The notes beneath the pieces are model-generated. The model saw only the letters and a list, made by a program, of their open reading frames with translations. It made no database searches and was not told the DNA's origin. From assembly GCA_051885355.1 (NCBI GenBank), contig JBJEXC010000001.1:14359-78358 (forward strand): 64,000 nt of DNA. The letters run 5' to 3'. The position numbers and the translations under genes were made by a program. Positions 10,355 through 21,354 of this stretch are shown piece after piece. The DNA is from Alphaproteobacteria bacterium. Its GTDB lineage: Bacteria; Pseudomonadota; Alphaproteobacteria; Rs-D84; CACZYB01. How positions within the stretch are numbered: position 1 is the stretch's first letter; each line of letters begins with the position of its first letter.

Positions 10355-10449
10355 TTATAACCCCTATATATTATAGTTAAAGAACTGTTTTTTATACAGA
10401 CTGTTTAAATAATATAATCTTTATTCTTAAAAATCAATAGTTTCTTATA

Positions 10450-11049
10450 TTATTTTTTTACAGATTTTTTTATAAGTTTAATCGCCTCTTCTGGTGTGGA
10501 AACTATTTTATACATATTTTTATGCCCTTTAGATATAAAACCTGTTTTAATAAGAGAATCTACTAAAGCCTCAAATGGTTTGAAAAAATTATTATGATTG
10601 ATAAGTATGATAGGTCTTGTTTCTGAAAGTGTGCTGTTTGGAACAACTTCTCTATGCTTATTAATAATTTCTTTTCCTACCAATAAATCAAATAATTCAT
10701 CAAAGGTGCCAAAGCCTCCAGGAAGAACAATAAAAGCGTCAGAATTATCAATAAAAGTTCTTTTCCTTTTTTGAATATCACATACAATTTTTGTTTTTGT
10801 TCCTTTTATTGGTTCTTCAAATGCTGCAATTACTTTTGTTGTAATACCATAAATAGCACCACCATTATCAAGAACACCGTATGCAACAGCACCCATTAAG
10901 CCTGTTCCACCGGCCCCATAAACTAAACGCATTTTGTTTTTTGCAAGAAGTTCACCTGTTTTATGTGCTAATTCGTAATAATCTTTTGTTTTTCCATTTT
11001 GTGCACCACAAAAAACACTTACTGAAATTTTTTTATTTTTTAATATCAT
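10450..11049 (-). CDS. LOG-family protein (cytokinin riboside 5'-monophosphate phosphoribohydrolase / TIGR00730)
   Basis: GGxGxMG and PGGFGTFDELFD motifs diagnostic of the LOG / lysine-decarboxylase-like family. Confidence 0.85.
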   Translation of the reverse strand: MILKNKKISVSVFCGAQNGKTKDYYELAHKTGELLAKNKMRLVYGAGGTGLMGAVAYGVLDNGGAIYGITTKVIAAFEEPIKGTKTKIVCDIQKRKRTFIDNSDAFIVLPGGFGTFDELFDLLVGKEIINKHREVVPNSTLSETRPIILINHNNFFKPFEALVDSLIKTGFISKGHKNMYKIVSTPEEAIKLIKKSVKK

Positions 11050-11167
11050 TTTTTATTTTTTCTCCTTCTTTTAAATTTTATATATAAAATAATATATTAA
11101 AAATGGATTCCTTTCAACTGATAAATATATTGCATTTTAAAATTTATTTGTTTATAATGCCCTTTAT

Positions 11168-11241
11168 GGTCGGTTGGCAGAGAGGCTATGCAGAGGACTG
11201 CAAATCCTTGTACACTGGTTCGATTCCGGTACCGACCTCCA
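11168..11241 (+). tRNA. tRNA-Cys (GCA)
   Basis: Cloverleaf: acceptor GGTCGGT/ACCGACC, anticodon loop ACTGCAAAT (anticodon GCA), T-arm GGTTCGATTCC, discriminator T, encoded CCA. The track's ATG-started ORF at 11174 runs through it, so that start is spurious. Confidence 0.9.
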
Positions 11242-11269
11242 TAATAATAATTATAAAAGGAGTATATGT

Positions 11270-11794
11270 TTGGCAAATAAAGATAATTCAATTTCGTTAA
11301 ATGTTAACGAAAAAATTCGCGCAAAAGAAGTAAGACTTATTGGTGCAGATGGCGAAAATGTTGGTATTGTTTCAATTAGTGATGCTTTAAATATGGCTCG
11401 TGATGCCGGTCTTGATCTTTTAGAAATTGCCCCTCAATCAAATCCTCCTGTATGTAAAATTATGGATTATGGTAAATGGAAATACGAAGAACAGAAAAAA
11501 TTAAAAGAAGCAAAATCTAATCAAAAGGTTGTTGAAACAAAGGAACTTAAAATCCGTCCAAATATTGATGTGCATGATTTTCAGGTTAAGATGAAATCTG
11601 CTAAACGCTTTATTGAAGATGGGGATAAAGTTAAATTTTCTGTAAGATTCAAAGGTCGTGAAATTACAAATCAAGAATCTGGACTTTCTCTTCTTAATCG
11701 TGTAAAGGAAGAACTTGGCGATATTATAAAGGTTGATAAAGAACCTTTGATGGAAGGAAGACAGATGGTTATGTTTGTTTCCCCTTCTAAATAA
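11270..11794 (+). CDS. infC: Translation initiation factor IF-3
   Basis: IF-3 N- and C-domain homology (EVRLIGADGENVGIV..., FSVRFKGREI). RBS AAGGAG at 11256-11261 followed by a non-ATG start (TTG 11270 or ATA 11264), as is typical for infC autoregulation. Confidence 0.85.
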   Translation: MANKDNSISLNVNEKIRAKEVRLIGADGENVGIVSISDALNMARDAGLDLLEIAPQSNPPVCKIMDYGKWKYEEQKKLKEAKSNQKVVETKELKIRPNIDVHDFQVKMKSAKRFIEDGDKVKFSVRFKGREITNQESGLSLLNRVKEELGDIIKVDKEPLMEGRQMVMFVSPSK

Positions 11795-11806
11795 CTTTAT
11801 AATAAT

Positions 11807-12811
11807 ATGATAATACAAGAATTATTTAATAAAAATTTAGATGGTATTTTAAAAATTCACCCTAAAAAAATTGCGGTGGCCGTATCTGGTGGCTCTGATA
11901 GTCTTGCTTTGACCTTGTTAAGTCATAATTGGGCAAAAATTAACAATGTTGAAATGGTTGCAATAACTGTTGATCATAATCTAAGAAAAAATTCCTCGCG
12001 TGAGGCTTTAAAGGTTCATAAATGGTTGGAAAAATACAAAATTCACCATACTATTTTAACTTATACTGGTGAAATTCCTACTTCTAATATAGAGGCTGTG
12101 GCAAGAAATTATCGTTACAAAATGCTTTTTGATTATTGCTATAAAAATGATATTAAGTATTTACTTGTTGCACATAATGCTGATGAACAAACGGAAACTT
12201 TCTTCCTTAACCTTTCCCGTGGAAGTGGGGTTTATGGACTTTGTGGAATGCCTAAAACTCAAATGTGGAACAACATAAATATTGTTCGTCCTATGCTTTA
12301 CTATTCAAAGGAAGAAATTAAGGATTATCTTAAATCTAATCGCCAAAAATGGGTGGAGGATCCTTCAAATAAAGATAATAAATATAAGCGTGTCAGAATC
12401 AGAAAGTTAAAAAAACTTATTGATACATTGGAACTTTCAAATGAGCGTATTGCAAATACTCTTGATAATATGAGACGCGCTAGAGAGGCAATTGATTTTT
12501 TTGTGAATGATTTTATCTTTAAATCTACTATTGAAAAGGGAAGCGGATCTATTACACTTTCGCCTAATTTATTTGCAATTTATCCGGAGGAAGTTGTGAT
12601 AAGGGCTATTTCAAAAATTCTTCAGGAATTATCACAAAAAAACTATCCTGCCAGATTTGAAAATTTGAAAAATCTTTATAATAAAATTGTAAATCATAAT
12701 TTGGGCGGGGGTGTGACACTTTCAAATTTAAAAATCTCAACAAAAAAAGATGGTGTAATTTTTATTGAAAAAGAAAAATCAAAAGGTAAAAAAACTGCTG
12801 GTAAAAAATAA
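11807..12811 (+). CDS. tilS: tRNA(Ile)-lysidine synthetase
   Basis: PP-loop SGGSDS in context VAVSGGSDSLAL; TilS-like length. Confidence 0.8.
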   Translation: MIIQELFNKNLDGILKIHPKKIAVAVSGGSDSLALTLLSHNWAKINNVEMVAITVDHNLRKNSSREALKVHKWLEKYKIHHTILTYTGEIPTSNIEAVARNYRYKMLFDYCYKNDIKYLLVAHNADEQTETFFLNLSRGSGVYGLCGMPKTQMWNNINIVRPMLYYSKEEIKDYLKSNRQKWVEDPSNKDNKYKRVRIRKLKKLIDTLELSNERIANTLDNMRRAREAIDFFVNDFIFKSTIEKGSGSITLSPNLFAIYPEEVVIRAISKILQELSQKNYPARFENLKNLYNKIVNHNLGGGVTLSNLKISTKKDGVIFIEKEKSKGKKTAGKK

Positions 12812-12865
12812 ATTTATAATATAGACTTATCTTACTTTGAAACACACTAAATTAAGGAAATAAAA

Positions 12866-14767
12866 ATGAGTAAATATTGGAAATATATATATGTTTTGTT
12901 TTTTATTTTTTTATTTTTCAATCTTATACTAGAATCTCCAAATGAAAAGGTTGAAAAAAATCAAAATGAAATAAAGTTTTCTGATTTTGTTAATAAAGCA
13001 AAAAAGGGCGAATTAGAATCTATTGTCATAAAGGGCGATATTGTTGAAGGAACCTTAAAATCCCCAACAAAAAACTTAGATGAAAATGGTGAAAAAGTAG
13101 AGCCAGAAAAATTTACATCAAAAGTAATTTTTTACCCTAGACTTCTTGAAATTTTAGAAGAAAAGGAAATCCCAACAGAAATTAAAATTTCAGAAGGTTC
13201 CAGAATAACATTTACAAAAATCATTGATATACTCGTATCTTTGTTATGGATAGTTATGATTATTTTCATTTTCAAAAGTTTGAAAAGTGATAAATTCAGT
13301 ATTGGAAAATCAAATATAAAAATGTTCACATCTGATATGCAAAAGATCAGATTCTCTGATGTGCTTGGGGCTGATGAAGCAAAGCAAGAAGTCGCTGAAA
13401 TTGTTGATTTTCTTTCTGATCCAACAAAATATTCTCGACTTGGTGCAAAAATACCAAAGGGAGTTTTATTAGTTGGTGCTCCTGGAACTGGAAAAACTTT
13501 ACTTGCAAAAGCAATCGCTGGTGAAGCAGGTGTTCCATTTTTTTCCACAAGCGGTTCAGAATTTGTTGAAATGTTTGTTGGTGTTGGTGCCAGCAGAGTA
13601 AGGGCACTTTTTGAACAAGCAAAAAAATCCGCACCTTGTCTTGTTTTCATCGATGAAATTGATGCAGTAGGTCGTCATCGTGGTTCTGGATATGGTGGTG
13701 GAAATGATGAAAGGGAACAAACCCTTAATCAATTGCTTGTCGAAATGGACGGTTTCGAAACAAATGCTGGAATTATTATAATTGCAGCAACAAACCGCGT
13801 CGATGTTTTGGATGATGCTCTTCTTCGTCCAGGAAGATTTGACAGACAAGTTTATATCGATTTGCCTGATTTAAAGGGTCGTGAAGCAATCCTTAAAAAA
13901 TACATAAGTGAGGTTGATATCCTATCTGATGTAGATGTCGCCTCTGTTGCAAGGGGAACCCCAGGGTTTAGTGGCGCGGAACTTGCAAACCTTGTAAATG
14001 AGGCCGCAATTATTGCCGCAAGAAAAAATAAAAAGAAAATATCACAAGATGATTTTGAATATGCAAGGGATAAAATACTTATGGGATTAGAGCATAAATC
14101 AAGAAGTATGTCGCCTGATGAAATTAAAAATACTGCATATCATGAGGCAGGCCATGCACTTTGTTCTGTCCTTCTTCCAGAAGTGGACCCTATACATAAG
14201 GCTACAATAGTGCCTCGTGGACAAGCATTAGGACTTGTGCAACAACTTCCAGAAAGGGACAAAGTAAGTGTAAATATTACAGAAATTCGCTCAAACATTG
14301 CGGTTGCTCTTGCTGGACGAATCAGTGAGGAAACTTTCTTTGGAAAGGATAAAATTACAACTGGAGCATCCTCTGATATACAGGCAGCAACAAAATATGC
14401 AAGAAATTCTGTTGTATTTTGGGGATTATCACCTAAAGTTGGCACAGTTTATTATGGAGAACGAGAAAAATATCCTATTTCCGAAGAAACTTCTCGTGAA
14501 ATTGATTTAGAAGTAAAGCGTATGATTGATGAGGGATATAAACTTGCAAAATCAACTATTTCCAAGCATAAGGCAACTTTGGAAAAATTGGCGCAGGCTT
14601 TGCTTGAATATGAAACCTTGACTGGGGACGAAGTTCGTGCCATAGTAAAGGGTAAAAAAATAAAATTGACTAAGAAGATAGATATTGCTAAAAATAGGAT
14701 AGAAAGAATATCAACCCTTCCTTTGACAACGAAAAAAAAGATTAAACAAGAAGAAAAGAAAAAATAA
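12866..14767 (+). CDS. ftsH: ATP-dependent zinc metalloprotease FtsH
   Basis: N-terminal TM helices. AAA Walker [12 protein letters not shown] region. Zinc-binding HEAGHAL. Confidence 0.95.
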   Translation: MSKYWKYIYVLFFIFLFFNLILESPNEKVEKNQNEIKFSDFVNKAKKGELESIVIKGDIVEGTLKSPTKNLDENGEKVEPEKFTSKVIFYPRLLEILEEKEIPTEIKISEGSRITFTKIIDILVSLLWIVMIIFIFKSLKSDKFSIGKSNIKMFTSDMQKIRFSDVLGADEAKQEVAEIVDFLSDPTKYSRLGAKIPKGVLLVGAPGTGKTLLAKAIAGEAGVPFFSTSGSEFVEMFVGVGASRVRALFEQAKKSAPCLVFIDEIDAVGRHRGSGYGGGNDEREQTLNQLLVEMDGFETNAGIIIIAATNRVDVLDDALLRPGRFDRQVYIDLPDLKGREAILKKYISEVDILSDVDVASVARGTPGFSGAELANLVNEAAIIAARKNKKKISQDDFEYARDKILMGLEHKSRSMSPDEIKNTAYHEAGHALCSVLLPEVDPIHKATIVPRGQALGLVQQLPERDKVSVNITEIRSNIAVALAGRISEETFFGKDKITTGASSDIQAATKYARNSVVFWGLSPKVGTVYYGEREKYPISEETSREIDLEVKRMIDEGYKLAKSTISKHKATLEKLAQALLEYETLTGDEVRAIVKGKKIKLTKKIDIAKNRIERISTLPLTTKKKIKQEEKKK

Positions 14768-16560
14768 TGAGTTTAAAAAGTAAAAACAAAGATAAAGCAA
14801 AATTAAATTTAAAAATCCTTAGCCGTATTTGGCGTGAACATACAAAAAAGTATATATGGGCTTTGGTTGGCGCAATGATTTTAACTGCACTAACTGCGGG
14901 AACGGAGGCTTTTTCTGTCTCCCTTCTAAAACCTATATTTGATAAGGGATTTATTGATCAAAACAGTCAAATACTTGTTATGCTATGTTTACAAATAATT
15001 GGACTTTATTTTATAAAGGGATGGCTTTATTTTTCACAAACTTTAATACTTTCTCATATAAGCACAAAAACTGTGCAATCAATACAACAACGCGTTTTTT
15101 CTCATTTAATGACACTTGATATGGCTTATTTTAATAAACACGCAAGTGGGCAAATGCTATCTCGTATTATAAATGATTGTAATTCCATCACAAATATTGC
15201 AATTAATTTTATCACTAATATATTTAAGGATTTGATTACATGTGTGGCTATGTTCGCATTGATGATTTATTATTCATGGAAAATGTGTTTGGTTGTTTTT
15301 GTATTTTTCCCAATAGGCGCAATTGCAATTTCTATCATAGTTAGGAAAACAAAGGATATTGCAACAAAAAGCACACAAAAAAGTGCTGATTTTATAAGTT
15401 TGCTTTCAGAATCGCTTCAAAATGTAAAAATTATAAAATCTTATTGTATGGAAAAATTTGAATCAAACAGAATTAAAAATATCTTAAATATTATGTTTCA
15501 ATTTCAGATGAAAACTGTAAAAATTACAAGTATGTCTACACCTGTTATTGAAATTTTATCTGGTTTTGTTATGGCTGGAATTATAATTTTTGGTGGTTGG
15601 CAAATATCACATGGGTATCTTACAACTGGTGGATTTGTGACATTCTTGGGTGCTTGGGTTTCTGTGTATAAGCCATTAAAATCATTACTTAATTTCCGTG
15701 TGCAACTTCAAACTGCGCTTGTAAGTGCAGAAAGAGTTTATGAAATTATTGATACAAAACCAGCAATCAAAGATATTGATGGTGCCATTAATCTTGAAAA
15801 TGTAAAGGGTGATATTGAATTTAAAAATGTGTCATTTGAATATGAAAGTGGCAAACCTATTATAAAAAATTTGAATATGAAAATTCCACATGGAAAAACA
15901 GTCGCTCTTGTTGGGGCAAGTGGTGGTGGAAAAACAACTATTGTTAATTTGATACCAAGATTTTTTGATATAACCAGTGGTGAAATTTTAATTGATGGTA
16001 TAAATGTTAAAAAATATACCCAAAAATCTTTGCGTGAAAATACCTCTCTTGTAAGTCAGGAAGTGATACTTTTTGACGATACTATAAGGAATAATATTGC
16101 CTATGGTAAAGGTGAAAAAGAATATGATAAAGTGGCTGATGAGGAAATCATTTCTGCATCTAAAAATGCGAATGCTTATGATTTTATTATGGCTATGAAC
16201 GAAGGTTATGAAACAAGGATTGGGGAAAGGGGTGTGCGTCTTTCTGGTGGTCAAAAGCAAAGAATTTCTATTGCTCGTGCAATTATAAAAAATGCTCCAA
16301 TTCTTTTGTTGGATGAGGCAACATCTGCACTTGATACAGAATCAGAATTCGAGGTGCAAACTGCACTTGATAACCTTATGAAAAACAGAACTACTATTGT
16401 TATTGCCCACAGACTTTCAACTATTAAAAATGCCGATATGATTTATGTTATTGAAAAGGGTGAAATAGTAGAATCTGGAAATCACAATGAACTTTTGCAA
16501 AAAAATGGTGAGTATGCAAAACTTTACAATATGCAATTTAAAAATAAGAGCGAAGAATAA
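14767..16560 (+). CDS. msbA: ABC exporter, fused permease/ATPase (MsbA-like lipid A flippase)
   Basis: 6-TM N-terminal domain plus NBD (GASGGGKTT, LSGGQKQRISIARA, LLLDEATSALD). Start overlaps the ftsH stop (ATAATGA). Confidence 0.75.
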   Translation: MSLKSKNKDKAKLNLKILSRIWREHTKKYIWALVGAMILTALTAGTEAFSVSLLKPIFDKGFIDQNSQILVMLCLQIIGLYFIKGWLYFSQTLILSHISTKTVQSIQQRVFSHLMTLDMAYFNKHASGQMLSRIINDCNSITNIAINFITNIFKDLITCVAMFALMIYYSWKMCLVVFVFFPIGAIAISIIVRKTKDIATKSTQKSADFISLLSESLQNVKIIKSYCMEKFESNRIKNILNIMFQFQMKTVKITSMSTPVIEILSGFVMAGIIIFGGWQISHGYLTTGGFVTFLGAWVSVYKPLKSLLNFRVQLQTALVSAERVYEIIDTKPAIKDIDGAINLENVKGDIEFKNVSFEYESGKPIIKNLNMKIPHGKTVALVGASGGGKTTIVNLIPRFFDITSGEILIDGINVKKYTQKSLRENTSLVSQEVILFDDTIRNNIAYGKGEKEYDKVADEEIISASKNANAYDFIMAMNEGYETRIGERGVRLSGGQKQRISIARAIIKNAPILLLDEATSALDTESEFEVQTALDNLMKNRTTIVIAHRLSTIKNADMIYVIEKGEIVESGNHNELLQKNGEYAKLYNMQFKNKSEE

Positions 16561-16601
16561 TTATTCATAAATTTTTATTTTCCTTGCAATAAAAATAGCA
16601 T

Positions 16602-18434
16602 TTGCTAACATTACCCATTATGATAAATGTAGAAAATATCACAGTTTATATGCAATCAAGGACATTGCTTGAAAATGCCTCAGTCCAAATTTCTGATAAC
16701 CAAAAGGTTGGAATTGTAGGACTTAATGGTTGCGGTAAATCAACCCTTTTTAAAATTATAAAGGGTGAGTTGGAGGCAACCGACGGCAAAATTACAATCT
16801 CCAATAATCAAATAATTTCTTATGTAGAGCAGGAATTTTACGATACCAATCTGTCCGTTATGGATTTTGTGTTAAGCAAGGATAAAAGGTTGATGCAAAC
16901 AAGGGCAAAGTTGCAAACCACAAAGCCAGAGGAGTTACCGGAAGTATATGAAGAACTTCGCATACTTGATTCTGACAGCCGAGAGGCACAAATTGCAAAT
17001 ATCCTTGCAGGACTCGGCTTTGATAATGATGACCTGACCCGTCCTGTGTCTGATTTTTCCGGCGGATGGAGAATGCGCCTTGCACTTGCCGGAGCCTTGT
17101 TTAAATACTCCGATATCTTACTTCTTGATGAGCCAACCAATCACTTGGATTTGGAAGCTTCAATCTGGCTTATGTCATACCTTAAAAAGTATAAGGGAAC
17201 TTTGATAATAATAAGTCACGATAAAAATATCCTTAATGATATTTGTGAAAACATAATACATTTTGAAAATAAAAAGTTGGTGTTTTATTCCGGCAACTAC
17301 AATACATTCTATAAAAACTATATTCTTAAACACGAAAACGAAGAAAAACTTGCAAAGAAACAGGCAGAAACAAAGGCTCATCTTCAATCCTTTGTTGACA
17401 GGTTTAGGTATAAAGCAACCAAGGCAAAGCAAGCCCAAAGTCGTCTTAAAATGCTTGAAAAAATAGAGGATATAGTCGTAACCGAACTTGATAAATCATC
17501 ACATTTTGAGTTTAAGGATGCGCCCGAATTACCAAGCCCTATTGTAAAAATTGAAAACGGTGCAACAGGATATAATGAAACAATGGTTTTAAATAAATTA
17601 AATCTTACCATAGGGGCAAATGACCGCATAGGTATTTTGGGAAAAAATGGAAACGGTAAATCCACCCTTGCAAAACTTATACACGGAGAATTAAAGTTAT
17701 TAAAGGGAACAATGTTTAAAAATACAAAATTAAACATTGCATACTTTACCCAACATCAAGCGGAGGAATTACCATTAACTAACACCCCACTTGAATATAT
17801 GTCTTCACTTCTTCCTGATAAAACAGAAACACAAGTCCGCACCATTCTTGGAAATTTCGGTATAGTAGGAGATATAGCCCTAACAAAGATAAAGGAATTA
17901 TCTGGTGGTGAAAAGAGCAGGGTGGTCCTTGCAAAATTATCACTTAACAATCCATCACTTATAATATTGGATGAGCCAACAAACCATTTGGATATACAGG
18001 CGCGTGAAGCACTTATTACAGCCCTTAATAATTACAATGGTGCAGTCATACTAATCACACACGATTTCAATTTCTTAAATATGGTAGTCGATGACTTATA
18101 CCTTGTTGATAATCATACTTGCACTTTGTTTGATGGGACCTTAGATGATTATAAAAATTTCCTACTTTCAAAACCGAAAAAGGAAAAGGTGGAGGTTAAA
18201 AAGCCAACCCCTTCTGTAAATCCAAAAGAAACAAGACAATTAAAAGCAAACCTTTTAAAACTTGAAAGCAAATTAAAGGAATTAAATAATCAAAAGGATG
18301 ATTTGATTAAGGAATTATCACAACCACAAGACGGAGTTACAATAGCCACCCTTTCAAAGCAATTGAATACCCTTGAAACAAAAATTGCAACCACCGAAAA
18401 CGAATGGTTGCAACTTGCGGACAATATAAATTAA
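16602..18434 (+). CDS. ABC-F family ATPase (Uup/EttA-like, no TM domain)
   Basis: Two NBDs (GLNGCGKST / GKNGNGKST, two LSGG signatures) with no membrane domain; C-terminal coiled-coil. Confidence 0.85.
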   Translation: MLTLPIMINVENITVYMQSRTLLENASVQISDNQKVGIVGLNGCGKSTLFKIIKGELEATDGKITISNNQIISYVEQEFYDTNLSVMDFVLSKDKRLMQTRAKLQTTKPEELPEVYEELRILDSDSREAQIANILAGLGFDNDDLTRPVSDFSGGWRMRLALAGALFKYSDILLLDEPTNHLDLEASIWLMSYLKKYKGTLIIISHDKNILNDICENIIHFENKKLVFYSGNYNTFYKNYILKHENEEKLAKKQAETKAHLQSFVDRFRYKATKAKQAQSRLKMLEKIEDIVVTELDKSSHFEFKDAPELPSPIVKIENGATGYNETMVLNKLNLTIGANDRIGILGKNGNGKSTLAKLIHGELKLLKGTMFKNTKLNIAYFTQHQAEELPLTNTPLEYMSSLLPDKTETQVRTILGNFGIVGDIALTKIKELSGGEKSRVVLAKLSLNNPSLIILDEPTNHLDIQAREALITALNNYNGAVILITHDFNFLNMVVDDLYLVDNHTCTLFDGTLDDYKNFLLSKPKKEKVEVKKPTPSVNPKETRQLKANLLKLESKLKELNNQKDDLIKELSQPQDGVTIATLSKQLNTLETKIATTENEWLQLADNIN

Positions 18435-18435
18435 A

Positions 18436-19620
18436 TTATCTATTTCTTGCTTGTGAAAGAGTAGCCAACTTTAGTCTCTCTTCATCACTTAACAATTTTT
18501 CAAATGCCTTTGTCGCATTCATTGGTAACTTGCCTGTTTCTCTATAATATTTTAAAATATCATTTTGTGTCGCAATATTTGATGGCACAGTCAATTCCCA
18601 ATTATAAAAGAATATATCAGAAAGAGGAGCACCCATTTCAGTTGCCTCTGGTGAAAAATTCATTTGTTCCCCAGTTGCAAGCATAAATTTTCTTTCTTCA
18701 ATTGCTTCATTTAATACAAAGTAATATTCACCAGCAGGGGAATTTACAACCATTTTTGTATCTTCTTCAAATATTTCGCCACTTTTTTCTTTTGCAATAA
18801 CTTTAAACAAAGGAGAGCGTTTATATTTACCGTCATCACCCTTGCCGTCATCAGACTTTGTTAAAAAAACAACAGCTTGATTTTCTTTTAATAAAGATTT
18901 TACAGTTTCATAAAATTTTTCAACTGGTTCAAAATCATTTTCACCCTTTGCATTTGTGAATGAACGAAGTCCATGAAATACTACAACACCATTATCTCCG
19001 TTTATTGCATCCATATAATCCTTTGCAGCGCGTTCAAATATTTCTGGTGTGTTTTCTTTCCAACCACCAAGACCGTCGGAAACACGACCACCAACAAACA
19101 TAGATAATTTTGCATTACGATTTATCTTTCTAATCATTTCTGAAACTGCTCTATTATCCTTTCTAAATGTCTGTGCTCTGTTTTGAAGTTCTTCCATTGA
19201 AGGAGTAGCAACAAAATCCGCTGGATAAGAAGTAATTTTCAAATCTGGATTGTTTTCTTTGAACTCATTTATCGCAACATTTGGCATAATAAGAGTAATT
19301 TTTTTCATATCCAAATCATTTGCATAATACTTATCAGAATTAAGTATAAATTGAATTTTATTTTCTTTATTTTTAATATCACTGTCTCTAAGTAAATCAT
19401 TAAAAATATCAATACCCATATCGCCTGCACTTATAATTTTAAGATTGCTTTGATGTGCCAAAGCATCTTTTACCTTTGCTTTTACATCTTTCATACTATC
19501 CTTTGATAAATCAAAAATAATATTTTCTGTATGCGTTGAAGCATTTACCAAAGAAGTCGCACTTGATGAATAACCTTTGTTCTTTTCAGAATTAATAATT
19601 CCAATTAAAGTTTCTTTCAT
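18436..19620 (-). CDS. Conserved hypothetical protein (394 aa)
   Basis: Long clean ORF convergent on and abutting the ABC-F stop. No diagnostic motif recognised (possibly ELM1/DUF1022-like; unverified). Confidence 0.5.
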   Translation of the reverse strand: MKETLIGIINSEKNKGYSSSATSLVNASTHTENIIFDLSKDSMKDVKAKVKDALAHQSNLKIISAGDMGIDIFNDLLRDSDIKNKENKIQFILNSDKYYANDLDMKKITLIMPNVAINEFKENNPDLKITSYPADFVATPSMEELQNRAQTFRKDNRAVSEMIRKINRNAKLSMFVGGRVSDGLGGWKENTPEIFERAAKDYMDAINGDNGVVVFHGLRSFTNAKGENDFEPVEKFYETVKSLLKENQAVVFLTKSDDGKGDDGKYKRSPLFKVIAKEKSGEIFEEDTKMVVNSPAGEYYFVLNEAIEERKFMLATGEQMNFSPEATEMGAPLSDIFFYNWELTVPSNIATQNDILKYYRETGKLPMNATKAFEKLLSDEERLKLATLSQARNR

Positions 19621-19746
19621 TTTATATCCCTTCGTTTGTTAATATAAAGATATTATATAACATAAAGGACCTTTTGTCAACACAAAGTTGATTTTTTTTT
19701 TCTTGAAAATATAGTAAAATCAATGAGTTATTATATAAGTATTATT

Positions 19747-20337
19747 TTAAATAGAATCTTTTTTGTCCTGTTTTTTAAAGAATTGAATCATTCTTCTGAT
19801 TCTGTGTTTCTTTTTCTTATTCCTTTGTTTTCGAAGTTTTATAGATAATCTGTATCCTATATAATATCCAACAATTCCAACTATAACAGACCAAGGAATA
19901 TTACCAAGTATAATAGGTTTTCCAATACCTTTTACAAGAAGGGTTAAAGTCTCCCAAATATGCGAAAATGTAAAATCTTCCAAAAGTAAAGTTTTTATTT
20001 CCCCTACAAACACAGCAAATGGAATTGATGCTTCACCAAGTATAAGTTGCCCAGTTAAATAAAATATATAAAACATAATAGGTGTCGTAAGCGGATTACT
20101 TATAAATGTTAAAAGACACGCAATGATAAGATTAAATCTGAAATGTAGCAGTCTATCAACAATTGTCCATATAATAAGACAAATAAGCGATTGCCCCCAA
20201 AATGGATTTATTCCTGCAACAAACCCAACACAAAAAGTTCTTGCAATATACACAGGCGATTTATTCTTCTTATCCTTAAAAGTTTTAAGAATATACCTGT
20301 ATAACTTTTTAATAAACCCTTTAATACTATCTATCAT
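19747..20337 (-). CDS. DUF2062-like small membrane protein
   Basis: FCVGFVAGINPFWGQ...FISNPLTTP pattern resembling DUF2062; basic C-terminal tail. Confidence 0.5.
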   Translation of the reverse strand: MIDSIKGFIKKLYRYILKTFKDKKNKSPVYIARTFCVGFVAGINPFWGQSLICLIIWTIVDRLLHFRFNLIIACLLTFISNPLTTPIMFYIFYLTGQLILGEASIPFAVFVGEIKTLLLEDFTFSHIWETLTLLVKGIGKPIILGNIPWSVIVGIVGYYIGYRLSIKLRKQRNKKKKHRIRRMIQFFKKQDKKDSI

Positions 20338-20340
20338 TTA

Positions 20341-21282
20341 TTATCCTACAAGATGTGTAATATACAAAGCATAACAAACTAAAAATATAATACCAGATAA
20401 TCTGCTGATTTTTCCAATCACACCAGTTATTATTAAAAGCAAAGTTGTCGCAATCAAAATATACACATCAGATTTCAAATCACTTGGAAATAATATAGGT
20501 GTAAATAATGCTACCATACCAAGTATAAATAAAGTATTATATATGTTACTTCCAACAATGTTTCCAAATGCAATGTCATTATGTTTTTTAATTGATGCAG
20601 TAACCGAAGATGCAAGTTCAGGAAGTGAAGTCCCAACTGCTACAATAGTAAGCCCTATGATACTTTCCGCAATTCCAAAATTTCTTGCAATAGTAATCGC
20701 ACTATCAACAAGCAATTTTGCCCCACCAAGTGTCATAGCAATACCAATTATTGCAATAATTAAAGAAAGATAAAGAGGCTTTATCTTTATGGCGGAAATT
20801 TCTTCCTCTATTTCTTTGTCTTCACTTTTAAAATCTTTTTCTGTTTTATAACTGTAAAATACATAAAAAATTAGGGAAGCAACCATTACAATTCCAGCGA
20901 TTCTTCCTATTTCTCCTGTATATGAAGTGACAAATATCACAAAAGTTGAAGCAATCAAAAACCAAACATCTCTTTTTAAAAAAGATTTTTTCTCTATATT
21001 TATAGGATAAATGATTGATGAAACTCCAAGTATTAATAAAATATTTGCAATATTACTTCCAACAATATTTCCAACTGCAATTCCTGTTGATGGAATTTCC
21101 TGATGAATTGCAATAAAACTTGCAACAAGTTCAGGTGTTGATGTTCCAAATCCAATTAACACAATACCAATAAGAAGAGTTGAAACTTTCAACTTTTTCG
21201 CCACTTCCACAGCACCAGATACCATAATATCTCCACCAAAACCAAGTAAAATTAAACCTAAAATAAATAAAATATATACCAT
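20341..21282 (-). CDS. Ca2+/Na+ antiporter, CaCA family (YrbG-like)
   Basis: Two alpha-repeats, GFGTSTPELVASF and GTSLPELASSV; 10-TM topology. Confidence 0.8.
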   Translation of the reverse strand: MVYILFILGLILLGFGGDIMVSGAVEVAKKLKVSTLLIGIVLIGFGTSTPELVASFIAIHQEIPSTGIAVGNIVGSNIANILLILGVSSIIYPINIEKKSFLKRDVWFLIASTFVIFVTSYTGEIGRIAGIVMVASLIFYVFYSYKTEKDFKSEDKEIEEEISAIKIKPLYLSLIIAIIGIAMTLGGAKLLVDSAITIARNFGIAESIIGLTIVAVGTSLPELASSVTASIKKHNDIAFGNIVGSNIYNTLFILGMVALFTPILFPSDLKSDVYILIATTLLLIITGVIGKISRLSGIIFLVCYALYITHLVG

Positions 21283-21354
21283 AATAATCTCCTTTTTTTT
21301 ATAGAAATTATTATCTTTTTATATAAAAGTCAATAGGTAGATAAATCTGTAATT

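Noticed and set aside
13132-13849. Antisense ORFs (172, 95, 97 aa) inside ftsH
   Set aside because: They are embedded antisense to a highly conserved gene with unmistakable FtsH motifs, and their low-complexity translations are typical of shadow ORFs.
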